The notes under the pieces: generated by a model
The model's database searches: none
The model's input: the letters and a program-made list of their open reading frames with translations, nothing else
Told to the model about the DNA's origin: nothing
In this document: positions 44,301-58,688 of the stretch, piece after piece
How positions within the stretch are numbered: position 1 is the stretch's first letter
Layout of the letters: each line of letters starts with the position of its first letter
From: the human T2T-CHM13v2.0 reference genome, Homo sapiens
Length of the DNA stretch: 64,000 bases
Assembly (NCBI RefSeq): GCF_009914755.1
Contig: NC_060940.1
Reading direction: 5' to 3' (one strand)
Translations under genes and position numbers: made by a program

Positions 44301-47300
44301 CATTCAAAGATTCCATTCAGTTCCATTCGATGATTCCCTTAGATTCCATTAGATGATTCCACTTGATTTCATTTACGATGATTCCATTCGATTCCATGTG
44401 ATGATTCCATTCAATTCTATTCAATGCTGTTTCCATTTGATTCCATTCGACCATGATTGCCTTTGATTCCATTCAATGACTCCATTCGGTTCCTTTTGAT
44501 GATGATTCCCTTCGATTCCATTTCATTATTCCATTTGATTCCATTGGATGAGTCCATTCGATTACATTCGATGATTATTCCATTCGAGTGCATTAGATGA
44601 TTCCATTCGAGTCCATTCGATGATTCCATTCGATTCCATTCGATGTTGATTCTGTTCAAATCCATTCGATGATTCCACTCGATTCCATTCGATGACTCCA
44701 GTTGATCCCATTCGATGATTTCCTTTGATTCCCTTTGATGATCATTCCATTTGATTCAATTCGGTGATTTCATTTGATTCCATTCAGTGATGTTTCCATT
44801 CGACTCCATTCGATGATGATTCCATTCGACTCCATTCGATTATGATTTCATTCAATTCCATTCGATAATGATTCCCTTCGAGTCCATTCGATGATTCCAT
44901 TCGATTCCATTCAACGATGATTTGATTCGTGTCCATTCGATGATTCCATTTGATTCCACTTGATGATGATTCCATTCGAGTCCATTTGATGATTCCATTC
45001 AATTCCATTCTCCGATGATTTCTTTTGAGCCCATTCAATGCTTCCACTCGATTCCATATGATGATGACTCCATTCGATGAAATTCGATGACGATTCCATT
45101 CGCTTGCATTCGATGATGATTCCACTTGAGTCCATTAGAAGATTCTATTCAATTACATTCCATGACGATTCCGTTCGAGTCCATTTGATGATTCCATTAG
45201 ACTCCATTCGACGATGATTCCATTCGATGTTATTCGATGATTCCATTCGATCTCATTCGATGATGATTCCATTCAACTCCATTCGATGTTTCCATTCGAG
45301 TTCATTCTATTATTCCATTAGATTCCATTCGATGATGATTCCATTCGATTCCATTTGATGATTGCATTCTATTTCATTTGATGATGATTCCATTCGAGTC
45401 CACTCGATGATTCCATTCGAGTCCATTTAATGAATCCATTGGTTTCAATTCTATGATGATTACATTGGATTCCATTCGTTGATGATTTCATTCGGGTCCA
45501 TTCAATGATGATTCAATTCAATTCCTTTCAATGTTTCCATTCAATTCCATACGATGATGATTCCATTTGATTTGATTCGACAGTGAGCCATTCGATTCAA
45601 TTCCATGATGATTCTATTTGATTCCATTGGTTGACATTTCCATTCGATTCCATTCGATGATGATTCCCTTTGATTCCATTCAAAGATGATTCCATTCTAG
45701 CCCATTCAATCATTCCATTCGATTCTATTCAATGATGATTCCATTCATGTCGATTTGGTGATTCCATTTGACTTCATTTGATGATGATTCCTTTCAAGTT
45801 CATTAGATGATTCCATTCGATTCCATTTGATGATGATCCCATTCGAGTCCATTCAGTGATTCCACTCGTTTCCATTCCATGATGATTCCATTCCATTCCA
45901 TTCAATGATTCCATTCGATTCCGTTTGATGATGATTTCATTCGAGTCCATTTGATGATTCCATTTGATTCCATTCGATGATGATTCCATTCGAGTCCATT
46001 CGATGATTCTATTCGAATCCATTTGATGATTTCTTTTGATTATAGTTGGTGATGATTCCATTGGAGTCCATTCAATGATTCCATTTGATTCCAATCGATG
46101 GTGATTCCATTAGAGTCCATTTAATGATTCCATTTGATTCCAGTCTCTGATGATTACATTCGAGTCCATACGATGATTCCACTCAATTCCATATGATGAT
46201 GATTCCATTCGATTCCATTCGATGATTCCATTCTATTCTATTCAATGGTGATTCCATTCGAGTACATTAGATGATTCCATTCGATTCCAATGATGATTCT
46301 ATTTGTGTCCCTTAGATGATTCCACATGATTCCATTAGATGATGATACTATTTGAGCCCATCCAATGATTCCCTTCGATTTCATTCGATGAGGATTCCAT
46401 TCGATTCAATTCATTGGTGATTCTATTCAATTCAATTCTTTGATTCCATTCCATTCCATTCGACAATGATTCCATTCGATTTCTTTCGATGATTCCACTC
46501 GATTCCACTTGACATTGATTCCCTTCGATTCCATTCAATGATTCCATTTGATTCCAGTGGATGATGATTGCCATCGATTCCATTCCATCACGCCATTCTA
46601 TTCCATTTGATGATGATTACATTCGATTCCATTTGACGATTCCATCTGATTCTATTCGAGGATTCCATTTGATTCCATTCGATGATGATTCCATTCGAGT
46701 CCATTCGATGATTTCATTCGAGTACATCCAATGATTCCATTCGAGTCCATTTGATGATTCCATTTGATTCCATTTGATAATGATTCTACTAGAGTCCATT
46801 CAATGACTCCCTTGGAGTCCATTCAACAATTCCATTCGACTCCATTTGATGATTCCATTCGATTCCATTTGATGATTCCATTCGAGTCCATTTAATCATT
46901 ACAGTCGAGTCCATTTGGTGATTCCACTGGATTTCTTTTGATAATGATACCATTCAATTACATTTGATGATGATCCCATTCAATTTCATTTGATGATGAT
47001 TCCATTAGAGTCCATTCGATGATTTCATTCGAGTCCCTTCACTGATTCCATCCGATTTCATTGGATGATGACTCCATTCGAGTCCATTCGATGATTCCAC
47101 TCGATTCCATTAGATGATTCCATTGGAGTCCATTTGATTGTTCCATTCGATTCCATTCGATTCCTTTCGAAGATTATTCCATTTGAGTCCATTCGATGAT
47201 GATTCCATTCCATTCCATTCGATGATTCCGTTTGATTCCATTCGATGATTCCCTTCGATTCCTTTCTTTGATGATTCCATTCCATTCCATTCAATGATTC

Positions 47301-47485
47301 CATTCGAATCTATTCCATGATGATTCCTTTCGATTCCATTCGTTGATGTTTCCGTTCAATTCCATTCGATGATGATTCCATTCGATTCCATTCATTGAGG
47401 ATTCCATTTGATTCCATTCAATGATGATTCCATTCTATTCCATTCAATGATTGCATTCAATTCCATTCAATGATTATCCCATTAG
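41378..47485 (+). repeat. Higher-order unit, 6,108 bp (4-bp deletion at ~46289)
   Basis: Anchor spacing 6108; TCGATTCCAATGATG in place of canonical TCGATTCCATTCAATGATG. Confidence 0.88.
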
Positions 47486-50400
47486 AGTAAACTCAACGAT
47501 TACATTCAATACCATTCGATGATGATTCCTTTTGAGTCCATTCAATGATTTCATTCAAGTCCATTTGATGATTCCTTTCAATTCCATTCTATGATGATTC
47601 CATTCGAGTCCATTCGATGATTCCATTCGATTGCATTCGATGATTCCATTATATTCCATTCAACGATGATTCCATTCGAGTCCATTCGATGATTCCATTA
47701 GAGTACATTTAATGATTGCTTTGTTTTCAATTCGAAGATGATTACATTGGATTCCATTCTATGATACCATTCGATTCCATTCAATGATGATTCCACTCAA
47801 ATCCATTGGATGATTCCATTCGTGTCCATTCGGTGATTTCATTAGATTCCATTCGAGGATGATTCCATTTGATTCCATTCGATGATTCCATTCAATTCCA
47901 TTCGATGATGATTCCATTCCAGTCCATATGATCATTCCATTTGATTTCATTCGATGATGATTCCATTCGATTCCATTCGATGATTCCATTCTATTCCATT
48001 CGATGATGATTCCATTCGAGTCCATTCGATGATTCCATTCGAGTCCATTTAATGATTCCATTGGGTTCAATTCAATGATGATTACATTGGATTCTGTTCT
48101 ATGATTCCATTCAATTCCGTTCATTGACAATTTGATTCCATTCGATGATGATTCCATTTGAGTTCATTCGATGATTCTATTCGATTCTCTTCGATGGTGA
48201 TTCAATTCTATTATATTGGATGATTCCATTCGATTCCATTTGATGTTGATTCAATTCGATTCTATTCGATGATGATTCCATTGGATTTCACTTGATGATT
48301 CTATTCGATTCCATTCAATGATGATTCACTTCTCGTCCATTGGATGATTCCATTTCATTCCATTCGATGATGATTCCATTCGATTCCATTCGATGATTCC
48401 ATTTGATTCCATGCGTCGGTGAGCAATTCGATTCAATTCCATGATGATTCTATTTGATTCAATTAGATGATGTTTCCATTCGAATCCATTCCATGATTAT
48501 TCCATTGGAATCCATTCGGCGATGATTCCATATGAGTCAATTCAATGATGATTCCATATGGGTCCGTTCGATGATAATTCCATTTGATTTCATTCGGTGC
48601 TTCTATTCAATTCCAGTCGATGATGATTCCGTTGGAGTCCATACGATGATTCCATTTGATTTCATTTGATGATGATTCCATTCGATGATGATTATATTGG
48701 ATTCCATTCTATGATTCCATTCAATTCCATTCGTTGATGATTCGATTCCATTCAATGATGATTCCATTTGAGTTCATTCGATGATTCTATTCGATTCCGT
48801 TCGATGGTGATTCAATTCTCTTATATTGGATGATTCCACTCGATTCCATTTGACGATAATTCCATTGGAGTCCACTTAGTGAATCCTTTAGATTCTACTC
48901 GAAGATGATTCCATTCGAGTCCATTCGATGATACCATTCAATTTCATTCGTTGATGCTTCCATTCAAGTGCATTCGATGATATCATTCGATTCCATTTGA
49001 TGATAATTCCATTTGATTCCATGCGATGATTCTATTCGATTCCATTCAACGACAATTCCATTCAATTCAGTGATTCCTCTGGACTCCATTTGATGATGAT
49101 TCCATTCAATGATTCCATTCGATTCTATTCGAAAATGATTCCATTTGAATCCATTTGATGATGATTCCATTAGATTCCATTTGATGATTCCATTCGATTC
49201 CATTCCATGATGATTCCATTCGATTCCGTTTGATGATTCCATTCTATTCTATTCGATGATGATTCCATTCGATTCCATTCGATGATGATTGGATTCGATT
49301 CCATTTGATGATTTCATTTGATTCCATTCGTTAATGATTTCGATCAATTCCATTCGATGATTCCATTCGATTCCATTCGATAATGATTACATCCGAGTCC
49401 ATTCGATGATTCCCTTTGAGCCTGTTCGATAATTCCATTTGAGTCCAACCAATGATTCCATTCATTTCCATTCAATGATTCCATTCGAGTCCATTTGATC
49501 ATTCCGGTAGGGTCCATTCGATGTTGATTCCATTGGAGTGCATTCGATGATTCCATTCGAGTCCATTTTAGGATTTGATTCGAGTCCTTTCGATGATTCC
49601 ATTCGATTCCACTCGATGATGATTTCATTCGAGTCCATTCGACACTTCCAATCGATTCCATTTGATGATTCCATTCGAGTCCAATTGATGATTCCATTCA
49701 ATTCCATTCGATGATGATTCCGTACGATTCCATTCTGTGATGATTCCATGTGATTGCATTCAATGATGATTCCTTTCGATTGCATTCGATTATGATTCAT
49801 TTCGTGTTCATTCTATGGTTCCACAGGTTTCCATTCGTGTCCATTCCATTATTCCATTCTATTCCATTTGATGATGATTCCATTCGATTCCATTCATTGG
49901 TTATTCCACTCAATTCCATTCAATGATTCCATTCCATTTCTTTCAACAATGATTCCATTAGTTTCTAATCGATGATCCACTTGATTCCATTTGACGACGA
50001 TTCCATTCTTGTCCATTCGATGATTCCATTTGATTCCATATGATGATGATTCCATTCGATCCCATACCATGATGATTCCATTCGAGTCCATTCAATGGTG
50101 ATTCCATTCAATTCCATTCGATGATTCCTTTCGATTCCATTCGATGATGATGGCATTCGATTCCTTTCAATCATTCCCTTTGATTCCATTCAAAGGTGAT
50201 TTCATTCAAGTCCATTCGATAATTGCATTCGATTCCATTCTATGATGATTCCATTCGAGTCCATTTGATGATTCCATTCAATTCAAGTCAATGATGATTC
50301 CATTCGATTCCATTCGATGATTCCATTGGATTCCATTCGATGATGATTCCATTCAAATCCATTCGATAATTCAATTCAAGTTCATTCGATGATGATTAAA

Positions 50401-50915
50401 ATCGAATCCATTCAAAGATTCCATTCAGTTCCATTCGATGGTTCCCTTAGATTCCATTCGATGATTCCACTTGATTCCATTTACGATGATTCCATTCGAT
50501 TCCATGTGATGATTCCATTCAATTCTATTCAATGGTGTCTCCATTTGATTCCATTCGACCATGATTGCCTTTGATTCCATTCAATGACTCCATTCGGTTC
50601 CTTTTGATGATGATTCCATTCGATTCCCTTTCATTATTCCATTTGATTCCATTGGATGAGTCCATTCGATTACATTCGATGATTATTCCATTCGAGTGCA
50701 TTAGATGATTCCATTCGAGTCCATTCGATGATTCCATTCGATTCCATTCGATGTTGATTCTGTTCAAATCCATTCGATGATTCCACTCGATTCCATTCGA
50801 TGACTCCAGTTGATCCCATTCGATGATTTCCTTTGATTCCCTTTGATGATCATTCCATTTGATTCAATTCGGTGATTTCATTTGATTCCATTCAGTGATG
50901 TTTCCATTCGACTCC
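43143..50915 (+). repeat. 7,773-bp tandem duplication, copy 1
   Basis: All ORFs and private variants recur at +7773 (43236/51009, 44417/52190, 46335/54108, 47759/55532, 50389/58162, 50525/58298). Confidence 0.92.
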
Positions 50916-53900
50916 ATTCGATGATGATTCCATTCGATTCCATTCGATGATGATTGGATTCGATTCCATTTGATGATTTCATTTGATTCCATTCGTTAAT
51001 GATTTCGATCAATTCCATTCGATGATTCCATTCGATTCCATTCGATAATGATTACATCCGAGTCCATTCGATGATTCCCTTTGAGCCTGTTCGATAATTC
51101 CATTTGAGTCCAACCAATGATTCCATTCATTTCCATTCAATGATTCCATTCGAGTCCATTTGATCATTCCGGTAGGGTCCATTCGATGTTGATTCCATTG
51201 GAGTGCATTCGATGATTCCATTCGAGTCCATTTTATGATTTGATTCGAGTCCTTTCGATGATTCCATTCGATTCCACTCGATGATGATTTCATTCGAGTC
51301 CATTCGACACTTCCAATCGATTCCATTTGATGTTTCCATTCGAGTCCAATTGATGATTCCATTCAATTCCATTCGATGATGATTCCGTACGATTCCATTC
51401 TGTGATGATTCCATGTGATTGCATTCAATGATGATTCCTTTAGATTGCATTCGATTGTGATTCATTTCGTGTTCATTCTATGGTTCCACAGGTTTCCATT
51501 CGTGTCCATTCCATTATTCCATTCTATTCCATTTGATGATGATTCCATTCGATTCCATTCATTGGTGATTCCACTCAATTCCATTCAATGATTCCATTCC
51601 ATTTCTTTCAACAATGATTCCATTAGTTTCTATTCGATGATCCACTTGATTCCATTTGACGACGATTCCATTCGTGTCCATTCGATGATTCCATTTGATT
51701 CCATATGATGATGATTCCATTCGATTCCATACGATGATGATTCCATTCGAGTCCATTCAATGGTGATTCCATTCAATTCCATTCGATGATTCCTTTCGAT
51801 TCCATTCGATGATGATGGCATTCGATTCCTTTCAATCATTCCCTTTGATTCCATTCCGAGGTGATTTCATTCAAGTCCATTCGATAATTGCATTCGATTC
51901 CATTCTATGATGATTCCATTCGAGTCCATTTGATGATTCCATTCAATTCAAGTCAATGATTATTCCATTCGATTCCATTCGATGATTCCATTGGATTCCA
52001 TTCGATGATGATTCCATTCAAATCCATTCGATAATTCAATTCAAGTCCATTCGATGATGATTAAAATCGAATCCATTCAAAGATTCCATTCAGTTCCATT
52101 CGATGATTCCCTTAGATTCCATTAGATGATTCCACTTGATTTCATTTACGATGATTCCATTCGATTCCATGTGATGATTCCATTCAATTCTATTCAATGC
52201 TGTTTCCATTTGATTCCATTCGACCATGATTGCCTTTGATTCCATTCAATGACTCCATTCGGTTCCTTTTGATGATGATTCCCTTCGATTCCATTTCATT
52301 ATTCCATTTGATTCCATTGGATGAGTCCATTCGATTACATTCGATGATTATTCCATTCGAGTGCATTAGATGATTCCATTCGAGTCCATTCGATGATTCC
52401 ATTCGATTCCATTCGATGTTGATTCTGTTCAAATCCATTCGATGATTCCACTCGATTCCATTCGATGACTCCAGTTGATCCCATTCGATGATTTCCTTTG
52501 ATTCCCTTTGATGATCATTCCATTTGATTCAATTCGGTGATTTCATTTGATTCCATTCAGTGATGTTTCCATTCGACTCCATTCGATGATGATTCCATTC
52601 GACTCCATTCGATTATGATTTCATTCAATTCCATTCGATAATGATTCCCTTCGAGTCCATTCGATGATTCCATTCGATTCCATTCAACGATGATTTGATT
52701 CGTGTCCATTCGATGATTCCATTTGATTCCACTTGATGATGATTCCATTCGAGTCCATTTGATGATTCCATTCAATTCCATTCTCCGATGATTTCTTTTG
52801 AGCCCATTCAATGCTTCCACTCGATTCCATATGATGATGACTCCATTCGATGAAATTCGATGACGATTCCATTCGCTTGCATTCGATGATGATTCCACTT
52901 GAGTCCATTAGAAGATTCTATTCAATTACATTCCATGACGATTCCGTTCGAGTCCATTTGATGATTCCATTAGACTCCATTCGACGATGATTCCATTCGA
53001 TGTTATTCGATGATTCCATTCGATCTCATTCGATGATGATTCCATTCAACTCCATTCGATGTTTCCATTCGAGTTCATTCTATTATTCCATTAGATTCCA
53101 TTCGATGATGATTCCATTCGATTCCATTTGATGATTGCATTCTATTTCATTTGATGATGATTCCATTCGAGTCCACTCGATGATTCCATTCGAGTCCATT
53201 TAATGAATCCATTGGTTTCAATTCTATGATGATTACATTGGATTCCATTCGTTGATGATTTCATTCGGGTCCATTCAATGATGATTCAATTCAATTCCTT
53301 TCAATGTTTCCATTCAATTCCATACGATGATGATTCCATTTGATTTGATTCGACAGTGAGCCATTCGATTCAATTCCATGATGATTCTATTTGATTCCAT
53401 TGGTTGACATTTCCATTCGATTCCATTCGATGATGATTCCCTTTGATTCCATTCAAAGATGATTCCATTCTAGCCCATTCAATCATTCCATTCGATTCTA
53501 TTCAATGATGATTCCATTCATGTCGATTTGGTGATTCCATTTGACTTCATTTGATGATGATTCCTTTCAAGTTCATTAGATGATTCCATTCGATTCCATT
53601 TGATGATGATCCCATTCGAGTCCATTCAGTGATTCCACTCGTTTCCATTCCATGATGATTCCATTCCATTCCATTCAATGATTCCATTCGATTCCGTTTG
53701 ATGATGATTTCATTCGAGTCCATTTGATGATTCCATTTGATTCCATTCGATGATGATTCCATTCGAGTCCATTCGATGATTCTATTCGAATCCATTTGAT
53801 GATTTCTTTTGATTATAGTTGGTGATGATTCCATTGGAGTCCATTCAATGATTCCATTTGATTCCAATCGATGGTGATTCCATTAGAGTCCATTTAATGA

Positions 53901-56900
53901 TTCCATTTGATTCCAGTCTCTGATGATTACATTCGAGTCCATACGATGATTCCACTCAATTCCATATGATGATGATTCCATTCGATTCCATTCGATGATT
54001 CCATTCTATTCTATTCAATGGTGATTCCATTCGAGTACATTAGATGATTCCATTCGATTCCAATGATGATTCTATTTGTGTCCCTTAGATGATTCCACAT
54101 GATTCCATTAGATGATGATACTATTTGAGCCCATCCAATGATTCCCTTCGATTTCATTCGATGAGGATTCCATTCGATTCAATTCATTGGTGATTCTATT
54201 CAATTCAATTCTTTGATTCCATTCCATTCCATTCGACAATGATTCCATTCGATTTCTTTCGATGATTCCACTCGATTCCACTTGACATTGATTCCCTTCG
54301 ATTCCATTCAATGATTCCATTTGATTCCAGTGGATGATGATTGCCATCGATTCCATTCCATCACGCCATTCTATTCCATTTGATGATGATTACATTCGAT
54401 TCCATTTGACGATTCCATCTGATTCTATTCGAGGATTCCATTTGATTCCATTCGATGATGATTCCATTCGAGTCCATTCGATGATTTCATTCGAGTACAT
54501 CCAATGATTCCATTCGAGTCCATTTGATGATTCCATTTGATTCCATTTGATAATGATTCTACTAGAGTCCATTCAATGACTCCCTTGGAGTCCATTCAAC
54601 AATTCCATTCGACTCCATTTGATGATTCCATTCGATTCCATTTGATGATTCCATTCGAGTCCATTTAATCATTACAGTCGAGTCCATTTGGTGATTCCAC
54701 TGGATTTCTTTTGATAATGATACCATTCAATTACATTTGATGATGATCCCATTCAATTTCATTTGATGATGATTCCATTAGAGTCCATTCGATGATTTCA
54801 TTCGAGTCCCTTCACTGATTCCATCCGATTTCATTGGATGATGACTCCATTCGAGTCCATTCGATGATTCCACTCGATTCCATTAGATGATTCCATTGGA
54901 GTCCATTTGATTGTTCCATTCGATTCCATTCGATTCCTTTCGAAGATTATTCCATTTGAGTCCATTCGATGATGATTCCATTCCATTCCATTCGATGATT
55001 CCGTTTGATTCCATTCGATGATTCCCTTCGATTCCTTTCTTTGATGATTCCATTCCATTCCATTCAATGATTCCATTCGAATCTATTCCATGATGATTCC
55101 TTTCGATTCCATTCGTTGATGTTTCCGTTCAATTCCATTCGATGATGATTCCATTCGATTCCATTCATTGAGGATTCCATTTGATTCCATTCAATGATGA
55201 TTCCATTCTATTCCATTCAATGATTGCATTCAATTCCATTCAATGATTATCCCATTAGAGTAAACTCAACGATTACATTCAATACCATTCGATGATGATT
55301 CCTTTTGAGTCCATTCAATGATTTCATTCAAGTCCATTTGATGATTCCTTTCAATTCCATTCTATGATGATTCCATTCGAGTCCATTCGATGATTCCATT
55401 CGATTGCATTCGATGATTCCATTATATTCCATTCAACGATGATTCCATTCGAGTCCATTCGATGATTCCATTAGAGTACATTTAATGATTGCTTTGTTTT
55501 CAATTCGAAGATGATTACATTGGATTCCATTCTATGATACCATTCGATTCCATTCAATGATGATTCCACTCAAATCCATTGGATGATTCCATTCGTGTCC
55601 ATTCGGTGATTTCATTAGATTCCATTCGAGGATGATTCCATTTGATTCCATTCGATGATTCCATTCAATTCCATTCGATGATGATTCCATTCCAGTCCAT
55701 ATGATCATTCCATTTGATTTCATTCGATGATGATTCCATTCGATTCCATTCGATGATTCCATTCTATTCCATTCGATGATGATTCCATTCGAGTCCATTC
55801 GATGATTCCATTCGAGTCCATTTAATGATTCCATTGGGTTCAATTCAATGATGATTACATTGGATTCTGTTCTATGATTCCATTCAATTCCGTTCATTGA
55901 CAATTTGATTCCATTCGATGATGATTCCATTTGAGTTCATTCGATGATTCTATTCGATTCTCTTCGATGGTGATTCAATTCTATTATATTGGATGATTCC
56001 ATTCGATTCCATTTGATGTTGATTCAATTCAATTCTATTCGATGATGATTCCATTGGATTTCACTTGATGATTCTATTCGATTCCATTCAATGATGATTC
56101 ACTTCTCGTCCATTGGATGATTCCATTTCATTCCATTCGATGATGATTCCATTCGATTCCATTCGATGATTCCATTTGATTCCATGCGTCGGTGAGCAAT
56201 TCGATTCAATTCCATGATGATTCTATTTGATTCAATTAGATGATGTTTCCATTCGAATCCATTCCATGATTATTCCATTGGAATCCATTCGGCGATGATT
56301 CCATATGAGTCAATTCAATGATGATTCCATATGGGTCCGTTCGATGATAATTCCATTTGATTTCATTCGGTGCTTCTATTCAATTCCAGTCGATGATGAT
56401 TCCGTTGGAGTCCATACGATGATTCCATTTGATTTCATTTGATGATGATTCCATTCGATGATGATTACATTGGATTCCATTCTATGATTCCATTCAATTC
56501 CATTCGTTGATGATTCGATTCCATTCAATGATGATTCCATTTGAGTTCATTCGATGATTCTATTCGATTCCGTTCGATGGTGATTCAATTCTCTTATATT
56601 GGATGATTCCACTCGATTCCATTTGACGATAATTCCATTGGAGTCCACTTAGTGAATCCTTTAGATTCTACTCGAAGATGATTCCATTCGAGTCCATTCG
56701 ATGATACCATTCAATTTCATTCGTTGATGCTTCCATTCAAGTGCATTCGATGATATCATTCGATTCCATTTGATGATAATTCCATTTGATTCCATGCGAT
56801 GATTCTATTCGATTCCATTCAACGACAATTCCATTCAATTCAGTGATTCCTCTGGACTCCATTTGATGATGATTCCATTCAATGATTCCATTCGATTCTA

Positions 56901-58688
56901 TTCGAAAATGATTCCATTTGAATCCATTTGATGATGATTCCATTAGATTCCATTTGATGATTCCATTCGATTCCATTCCATGATGATTCCATTCGATTCC
57001 GTTTGATGATTCCATTCTATTCTATTCGATGATGATTCCATTCGATTCCATTCGATGATGATTGGATTCGATTCCATTTGATGATTTCATTTGATTCCAT
57101 TCGTTAATGATTTCGATCAATTCCATTCGATGATTCCATTCGATTCCATTCGATAATGATTACATCCGAGTCCATTCGATGATTCCCTTTGAGCCTGTTC
57201 GATAATTCCATTTGAGTCCAACCAATGATTCCATTCATTTCCATTCAATGATTCCATTCGAGTCCATTTGATCATTCCGGTAGGGTCCATTCGATGTTGA
57301 TTCCATTGGAGTGCATTCGATGATTCCATTCGAGTCCATTTTAGGATTTGATTCGAGTCCTTTCGATGATTCCATTCGATTCCACTCGATGATGATTTCA
57401 TTCGAGTCCATTCGACACTTCCAATCGATTCCATTTGATGATTCCATTCGAGTCCAATTGATGATTCCATTCAATTCCATTCGATGATGATTCCGTACGA
57501 TTCCATTCTGTGATGATTCCATGTGATTGCATTCAATGATGATTCCTTTCGATTGCATTCGATTATGATTCATTTCGTGTTCATTCTATGGTTCCACAGG
57601 TTTCCATTCGTGTCCATTCCATTATTCCATTCTATTCCATTTGATGATGATTCCATTCGATTCCATTCATTGGTTATTCCACTCAATTCCATTCAATGAT
57701 TCCATTCCATTTCTTTCAACAATGATTCCATTAGTTTCTAATCGATGATCCACTTGATTCCATTTGACGACGATTCCATTCTTGTCCATTCGATGATTCC
57801 ATTTGATTCCATATGATGATGATTCCATTCGATCCCATACCATGATGATTCCATTCGAGTCCATTCAATGGTGATTCCATTCAATTCCATTCGATGATTC
57901 CTTTCGATTCCATTCGATGATGATGGCATTCGATTCCTTTCAATCATTCCCTTTGATTCCATTCAAAGGTGATTTCATTCAAGTCCATTCGATAATTGCA
58001 TTCGATTCCATTCTATGATGATTCCATTCGAGTCCATTTGATGATTCCATTCAATTCAAGTCAATGATGATTCCATTCGATTCCATTCGATGATTCCATT
58101 GGATTCCATTCGATGATGATTCCATTCAAATCCATTCGATAATTCAATTCAAGTTCATTCGATGATGATTAAAATCGAATCCATTCAAAGATTCCATTCA
58201 GTTCCATTCGATGGTTCCCTTAGATTCCATTCGATGATTCCACTTGATTCCATTTACGATGATTCCATTCGATTCCATGTGATGATTCCATTCAATTCTA
58301 TTCAATGGTGTCTCCATTTGATTCCATTCGACCATGATTGCCTTTGATTCCATTCAATGACTCCATTCGGTTCCTTTTGATGATGATTCCATTCGATTCC
58401 CTTTCATTATTCCATTTGATTCCATTGGATGAGTCCATTCGATTACATTCGATGATTATTCCATTCGAGTGCATTAGATGATTCCATTCGAGTCCATTCG
58501 ATGATTCCATTCGATTCCATTCGATGTTGATTCTGTTCAAATCCATTCGATGATTCCACTCGATTCCATTCGATGACTCCAGTTGATCCCATTCGATGAT
58601 TTCCTTTGATTCCCTTTGATGATCATTCCATTTGATTCAATTCGGTGATTTCATTTGATTCCATTCAGTGATGTTTCCATTCGACTCC
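50916..58688 (+). repeat. 7,773-bp tandem duplication, copy 2
   Basis: Shares CCTTTAGATTGC, TTCCGAGGTG, AATGCTGTTTCC, CCATCACGCC and the 4-bp deletion (54062) with copy 1. Confidence 0.92.

Noticed and set aside
50389-50574. The only plus-strand ORF (61 aa, also at 58162-58347)
   Set aside because: Chance opening caused by a few substitutions; it appears twice only because it lies in the 7,773-bp duplication.
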